In this document: positions 58,927 through 64,000 of the stretch, one piece after another
Layout: each line of letters begins with the position of its first letter
Position numbering within the stretch: the stretch's first letter is position 1
Source of the DNA: Tubiluchus corallicola
Taxonomy: Eukaryota > Animalia > Priapulida
Assembly (NCBI GenBank): GCA_030141605.1
Contig: JAQGDQ010000057.1
Coordinates: 1-64,000, forward strand
Reading direction: 5' to 3'
Length of the DNA: 64,000 nucleotides
The notes under the pieces: generated by a model
The model's input: the letters and a program-made list of their open reading frames with translations, nothing else
What the model was told of the DNA's origin: nothing
Database searches by the model: none
Translations under genes and position numbers: made by a program

Positions 58927-61900
58927 ACTTCCTTAAGTTTGATATGTAATCCATTATCAGGGTCAGTATCGGATTACTTTTTTGTTGTCGTGCATTATCA
59001 ATACAGTTTATAATCAAAATTCATAGCAAACCGTACACTTTAACAATTTAAACATACTTGAAGATTCATTCTGTTTCCAATCCAATCCAGTCCCGTGTAA
59101 TCCCGTCCTGTCCAATTCAGTCCAGTCGACTCCAATTCAATCAAGTCCAGCCCAGTCTAGTCTGGGCAAGGCTAGAAATTCAGGTTTTCTGCAGAGTAGC
59201 ATTTTAACTATTTATTATAGAATAGCCAGGATATTCCAAGTAAAATCAGCAAAACAACTTCGCTTGGGTGATAAAGAATTGGCAAAGAGACTGGTTCCTA
59301 TTATGCTTACTGTGGTAGCATTTCAGTTAGCCTGGACTTTTAGTGACCCACCTCGTGCGTACACTCTTTTGACTCCAGAGCAACTCAAGTTCTACTACTG
59401 TACCTCCAACTGGTGGGGCTACTGTGCAAAAATAGGCAAGTTGTTTGAGTTTTCACAAAAAATTCTTCCCAAGTTCACCAAACATCTGCTTATGGAAATT
59501 TAGTCTATAATATACATTTTTGAAGAGCCATTATTGTGCTGTGGCATCAGGGCTGCTAGAGAAGAGCTTTCAAACACGTTATGTTTATAGGTCAGGCTAT
59601 TTTTCTTGTCTGGGGCGTGTATTTGTGCTTCAGCGTGAGGAAAGCGCCATCTAACTTCAACGAAAGCAAGTTTATTTCTTGGGCAATCTACAACACTATT
59701 ACAGTCAGCAATTTCCTTGAAATCATCAGGTTGGTAAAACATCTCTACAATTACACCTGTTGTTTAAGAGGTGCACTTATTTTGGTCTTTTAGTGTTTCA
59801 CGGGTGAAGCTAAACTGTTCTACAGAGCTTAAATAATGTAAAGTGTAGGATTGAGAAACGAATTTTAAAAAAATATATTTATTTTGAGATCATCACACTA
59901 ACTGTTAATACAAATTGTTACTTGTAATCATGGTCTGCATTCTTACCAATTCACTCCTCAAATGCACAATAAAGGAAGAAATCCAAATGCACGTAATGCG
60001 TAATGAGCATTGACTGTTTCTATGGATCGGTGAATGCTATGTGTATTAACAATGGTTACAACACTCTCTGTCATCTTTTGGTTACTATTGCAGAAAATTT
60101 CAGTGCAATAGTGATTAAGAAATAATCACAACGATAGCATTAGCTTATCATTGCACTATTAGATGGAAAAATTCAAAAGAAAACCTGGGGTTTTGGGTGC
60201 ATAAAATTTTGGAAGGGAGACAACAATTTGGCGTGTATCACCCAGTTAGTGAAACTAGATGCAGTACAACATAATTATTCACTTCTTCAACTTCTCAGAA
60301 GCTCAAGTGGAGTGATCAAAATTCATCTGACCAAGAAGTCAATCAGCAAAAATGGTCACCTAAGGTTTGAAAACTCACTAAATCATCTAGGCAACAACGG
60401 TTTCTCATCAGGGTGCTACTGTTTGTGCGTATTCAGTTGCAAGCCGTCATAACGGTGCTGGTGTGCGTATTCGGGCGCTAGCCGTCATCAGGGTGCTGGT
60501 GTGTGCGTATTCGGGCACTAGCCATCATCAGGGTGCTGGTGTGTGCGTATTCGGGCACTAGCCATCATCAGGGTACTGGTGTGTGCGTATTCGGGCACTA
60601 GCCGTCATCAGTGTGCTGGTGTGTGCGTATTCGGGCACTAGCCATCATCAGGGTACTGGTGTGTGCGTATTCGGGCACTAGCAGTCATCAGGGTGCTGGT
60701 GTGTGCGTATTCGGGCACTATCCGTCATCAGGGTGCTGGTGTGTGCGTATTCGGGCACTAGCCATCATCAGGGTACTGGTGTGTGCGTATTCGGGCACTA
60801 GCCGTCATCAGGGTGCTGGTGTGTGCGTATTCGGGCACTAGCCATCATCAGGGTACTGGTGTGTGCGTATTCGGGCACTAGCAGTCATCAGGGTGCTGGT
60901 GTGTGCGTATTCGGGCACTATCCGTCATCAGGGTGCTGGTGTGTGCGTATTCGGGCACTAGGCATCATCAGGGTACTGGTGTGTGCGTATTCGGGCACTA
61001 GCCGTCATCAGGGTGCTGGTGTGTGCGTATTCGGGCGCTAGCCATCACGTTCGAGTGGGTACGGATGACGCGCCATGCGTTACGGATTACGGGGCACATT
61101 GAAACACATCCAGGTTCTTAAATATACACTGTTATATATGCACGGTGCATCATGTATTGTGCTTTACGCATACATGGAGTAATCATGTATGGCTGCATGT
61201 CTATGTAAGAGATTACAAATGAGCATAAATGGACAAGTAGTTTGATTGACGTACAGTAAAAAATAAACAACTGGCTAAAACAAATATTAAAGAGAAAAAA
61301 TGACTTCAGGCCATAGTTTACTTTGACCCATGGTCAAAAAGTGAAATGTAAGTGTCATTTCCTGTAAAAACTTTTTATTGTGATGATACAAGTTAACAAA
61401 TGGCTGAATAAATTTTCAGATTGGTTATGCTTGGATCAGTTGGTCCTGATTTAATTCATGTTTTGCATGTTGTTCAGCTTCAAGTACCAACGGTCATCAC
61501 ACTCCTTTTGATATTTATGCCAAAGGTAAAATACGAATTTTAATTTTTTTGTATTCGATTTTTACCACTCAGTAGTTAATGAAATGAACGTGTGAATAAG
61601 TGAGCAACTGATGTATGTATGGTTAGATCTCGGCTTATTTTATGTAACGGTGCTGATGTAAGTAAAAGCACATGTAAGTACATAAGCACATAAATATCGC
61701 TGTCGGATTTCGATATTCGCTAGTTAGATGGGCACTAGCACCTGCATCTCTGAACCTGCACCTGCACAAAAAAACAGGTGCTGTATCTCTCAGTTCAAAG
61801 GTGTTCAGTTGTGATGTGGTACGTACATTCGAGAACTCATGATCAAACTTTAAAATTTGCAGAGTTTTTGTGTATCATATTGAATGTTGTACAGTAACAC

Positions 61901-62489
61901 TGTACTTCACTTTTCGCTTTTGCAAACACGTATAACACTCTCATGGAATGTTTGTACTGTCAAAAATTACGTTCAGCTGTGATGTCACCATTAGTTGAGC
62001 TTGTCTGTCATTAATTGAGCTTTCAACTTAACATCTAATCACAAGAATGCTTTGGCATTATACAGGTGTTAAATGTATACTTTTTACTATACTTCAAAAT
62101 AGGGTAAGACATGAAAACTCGTCCTGTTTCTCATTAAAAAATAAGAAAAAACAAGAATATTTGGCTTCTATTCTTGGTAAAAAATATGTCCAGCTATCCA
62201 GATCAATTTTGAGAAACAAATTTTTTCTCAAAGAATCAACAATGTATTCTGCAGTTTTTGTCAATAAAGTTGAGAAATCTTTTATTTGTTTCAGTTCTAC
62301 ATGATACATATGGGCACAGGAGAAAATTATTCTGTAACCACAGGTGGACCCGCAACAGGGACGGCTATTTCAAGCTTAGGGAAAGGTGTGACTGGTGTGG
62401 GATGTGGCAGTCGCATTTATCCTGCTCCAAATCATCTGTCCCTTTGCTCAAATGAGCAGAAAAATAAACTAAATTTTAGAAAGGATTAG
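44411..62489 (+). CDS. GPR158/GPR179-like orphan class C GPCR, 13 exons, about 675 aa
   Basis: Exons sum to 2028 nt in one frame. Signal peptide, Cache-type ectodomain (DGYWTQPYYDCGGGDIWMVTY; DIDLTHIDINQC), Cys-rich/EGF-like segment, class C 7TM motifs (KAASP, LLRTWR, PSNFNESKFI, LIFMPK). Confidence 0.92.
44620..44785. repeat. Polypyrimidine low-complexity tract
   Basis: Direct inspection. Confidence 0.9.
45141..45259 (+). CDS. GPCR exon 2
   Basis: ttttag|AA...CAG|gtaatg; NARLALEYMEKVRTSECTGGTGEVLPIEFDHTQWYTQAQ. Confidence 0.82.
45671..45915. mobile_element. MITE-like element related to 13651-13864
   Basis: gtaccaaacttgacag ... tgtcatgtttggtgc inverted ends. Confidence 0.5.
47234..47410 (+). 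CDS. GPCR exon 3
   Basis: tgcag|GCT...ATG|gtaaga; AATVSANLFTSLW...IFASGFAFDEYTYKDYRM. Confidence 0.88.
47430..50400 (+). mobile_element. 5'-truncated, decayed non-LTR retrotransposon (CR1/L2 group) in GPCR intron 3
   Basis: Frameshifted ORF2 relics: endonuclease end (TKPARVT...LIDHIYTN), KPWIT, NYRPISLLSPFSKIFEKL, KAFDTV, QGSTL, FADDT, KYLGL; AT-rich 3' UTR ending in aataaa and ttatc repeats; left boundary approximate. Confidence 0.92.
50963..51055. repeat. (AAC/CAG)n degenerate trinucleotide repeat
   Basis: Direct inspection; source of a Thr/Ala-rich spurious ORF. Confidence 0.85.
52318..52472 (+). CDS. GPCR exon 4
   Basis: ctctag|GTT...AG|gtaagt; VAFYAAKKGGEISNFDISINYKYLDLPEVVWWWEPK... 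Confidence 0.88.
53932..54114 (+). CDS. GPCR exon 5
   Basis: cacag|G...GG|gtatgt; ...EDGYWTQPYYDCGGGDIWMVTYLAPIF... Confidence 0.92.
55344..55467 (+). CDS. GPCR exon 6
   Basis: tgtag|G...AAA|gtttgt; GVAGCDIDLTHIDINQCDEDD...FRGTHLCQETTK. Confidence 0.9.
55612..55970 (+). mobile_element. Dispersed repeat with subterminal inverted repeats, copy 2
   Basis: Shares ttttcacag...aggtcaaaggtta...cctcgcagccc...caagcaagatc...cgcacagactaatgca...aacctttgacctgcagca with 19975-20250. Confidence 0.75.
56050..56310. repeat. GA-rich low-complexity tract
   Basis: Direct inspection. Confidence 0.9.
56534..56667 (+). CDS. GPCR exon 7 (EGF-like/Cys-rich)
   Basis: tgcag|TGT...TT|gtaagt; CVPVRNLGLMSGTYYCYCADGYYFP... 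Confidence 0.9.
57089..57243. repeat. 55-bp tandem repeat, about 3 copies
   Basis: cacgaaaatgaaatggttaatgaaatgtcagacagacac... at 57089, 57144, 57199. Confidence 0.88.
57426..57621 (+). CDS. GPCR exon 8 (Cys-rich linker and TM1)
   Basis: actag|A...CCG|gtaagc; FKCLPCPEDCDVCINDKPC followed by a hydrophobic helix. Confidence 0.9.
58537..58715 (+). CDS. GPCR exon 9 (TM2-TM3)
   Basis: ttctag|ATC...CG|gtaaga; IIKAASPLFCYVIIFG...YGALLLRTWR. Confidence 0.92.
59221..59435 (+). CDS. GPCR exon 10 (ICL2-TM4-ECL2), followed by a GC-AG intron
   Basis: tatag|A...G|gcaagt; IARIFQVKSAKQLRLGDKELAKRL...FYYCTSNWWGYCAKI. Confidence 0.88.
59591..59729 (+). CDS. GPCR exon 11 (TM5-TM6)
   Basis: tatag|GT...AG|gttggt; QAIFLVWGVYLCFSVRKAPSNFNESKFISWAIYN... 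Confidence 0.92.
60443..61047. repeat. 40-bp GC-rich minisatellite, about 15 copies
   Basis: Unit gccatcatcagggtgctggtgtgtgcgtattcgggcacta. Confidence 0.97.
61420..61525 (+). CDS. GPCR exon 12 (TM7)
   Basis: tttcag|A...AAG|gtaaaa; LVMLGSVGPDLIHVLHVVQLQVPTVITLLLIFMPK. Confidence 0.9.
62295..62489 (+). CDS. GPCR terminal exon (short cytoplasmic tail)
   Basis: tttcag|TTC...TAG; FYMIHMGTGENYSVTTGG...KLNFRKD*. Confidence 0.8.
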   Translation, partial: FYMIHMGTGENYSVTTGGPATGTAISSLGKGVTGVGCGSRIYPAPNHLSLCSNEQKNKLNFRKD

Positions 62490-62939
62490 AAAGGACAGCC
62501 AGTAGAAAAAAGTACAATGTTCATTATTGTGTCATTTGAGAAAAAAGTTGTAGAAACACTAGGACACTGTAATGCAATTAACATCTGACGGCACAGCATA
62601 AGACATCAGAAACTTTGAAGTGCAAAAGAGCAGATATAATATTATTTATAATACCGTTGAAGGCGAGGCTTTGTTCATAGGTTGCTAATTAGATAATGGC
62701 AAATGCACTGTGAGATTCAGAGGAATATTAGGAAATGAGGATGTTGTAGTTACATAAACGAGCCACGAATTCCATATGATGAATGTACATGCTGCTTGTT
62801 GGCGAGATTTAGTTCCGCTGAAGACTGCCAAGAGATTTTGCACAACATGAGATCCCAAAAAATCTTTATCAGATGAGATTCACCTCCTCATCAACTGAGC
62901 AATTTGAATAAAAAATTGAGAAGTAGTTCGAGCAAAATA

Positions 62940-63385
62940 TGACTACTGGTTGACTGTTTAAGTGACAGGCTAATTAATTCCTAAGATCGACTGACTGACC
63001 AACTTGCTGATTGATTCACTGACTGATTAACTGAATGACTGAGTAAGTTATAGGGTGACTGACTAACTTTTAATGACTTACCAATTTTCTGGCCAATGAA
63101 TGTGTTGACTAACTCAATGAGGTAAATGACTGACTTACTGAGTGACTGTTTGTCTGATTTATTGTGTAAATGGCTGATCAAAGAACATTTGATTAAATGC
63201 ACGACTGACCAAGTGACAGACTAACTCACTCGCTGATTATTGTTTAATTTCACGAAATGCTTTGTTCAATGAGTGAATGTTTAATTCAGTTATTAGCTGA
63301 GTAAGTAAACAAAGTGACTGACTTAGCAACTGAATAGCTGATAGGTAATTCACTGACTTACAGACTGACTTAGACACTGACTGCT
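62940..63385. repeat. Degenerate (GACT)n-rich region; similar tracts at about 43515-43830 and 4400-4450
   Basis: Recurrent tgactgact motifs. Confidence 0.65.
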
Positions 63386-64000
63386 TACAATCACCATTTC
63401 CAATTTATTTTACAGATAATTAGTGATGCATTCCCTGTTTCCAGATTAAACCATTCTGGCGAACAGTAGCAAAAGGAAAATGACTTTATTTCATAACTAC
63501 CGTGATTTAAGAAAATAGTTATGACTACAAAATGTCTGCATAAGATAGTTTTAATACCTATTTTACAGCAGTACTACTAAGCTACTACTATTATAATGAC
63601 GATAAACGTATGACAACAACAATAAAAAAATGAATCAATAAACTATACCTTCTGATCTAGTTCCATAATGAGTTTCATGTCCATTCTGTTAATGTCAGTA
63701 TTAAACTTATCATCCAGAGCCTGCACAAAAACAATGTATATAATTATCTTCTTTAAAATCAAATTAGCTTTAGCTAAGAATGCTTCTCTTTCGAAATTTA
63801 CATGTAAATAGGAATCTTCTTTATTTTAAAAAATAAGCATCACAGTATAGACATTATATATCATAAGGATGCAATGACATGGTTTACAAAAACCTTAAAT
63901 TTGACTATGATATAATTAGTAACAGGGTTAGGAAGGACAAAAAACTCATTGACTTCAGCTCCCAACTCCAGAGGGAGTTCAAATTATCAAATTCTACTAC

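Overview
AT-rich, intron-rich genomic DNA from an animal, most likely an invertebrate; the taxon cannot be fixed from sequence alone. Four spliced genes were reconstructed by hand from splice signals and reading-frame phase. (1) The 3' two-thirds of a calcineurin A catalytic subunit gene (PPP3C family, + strand, 9097-27501; exons equivalent to vertebrate exons 4-14). (2) A convergent Dpy-30/DYDC-like gene with an acidic tail (- strand, 31729-33681). (3) A divergently transcribed two-EF-hand protein gene (+, about 35919-41887), which appears to share an RFX/forkhead/NRF1-type promoter with gene 2. (4) A 13-exon GPR158/GPR179-like class C GPCR (+, 44411-62489, about 675 aa). Introns hold a decayed CR1/L2-group LINE, several hAT- and Harbinger-like MITEs, and mini/microsatellites. 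The most notable signal is a tandem pair of 85-nt, apparently mutually exclusive exons encoding two different calmodulin-binding/autoinhibitory segments of calcineurin, flanked by candidate frame-preserving microexons. A second is a 53-bp duplication that creates a uORF whose stop overlaps the GPCR start codon (TGATG). All gene models are manual predictions without expression data.
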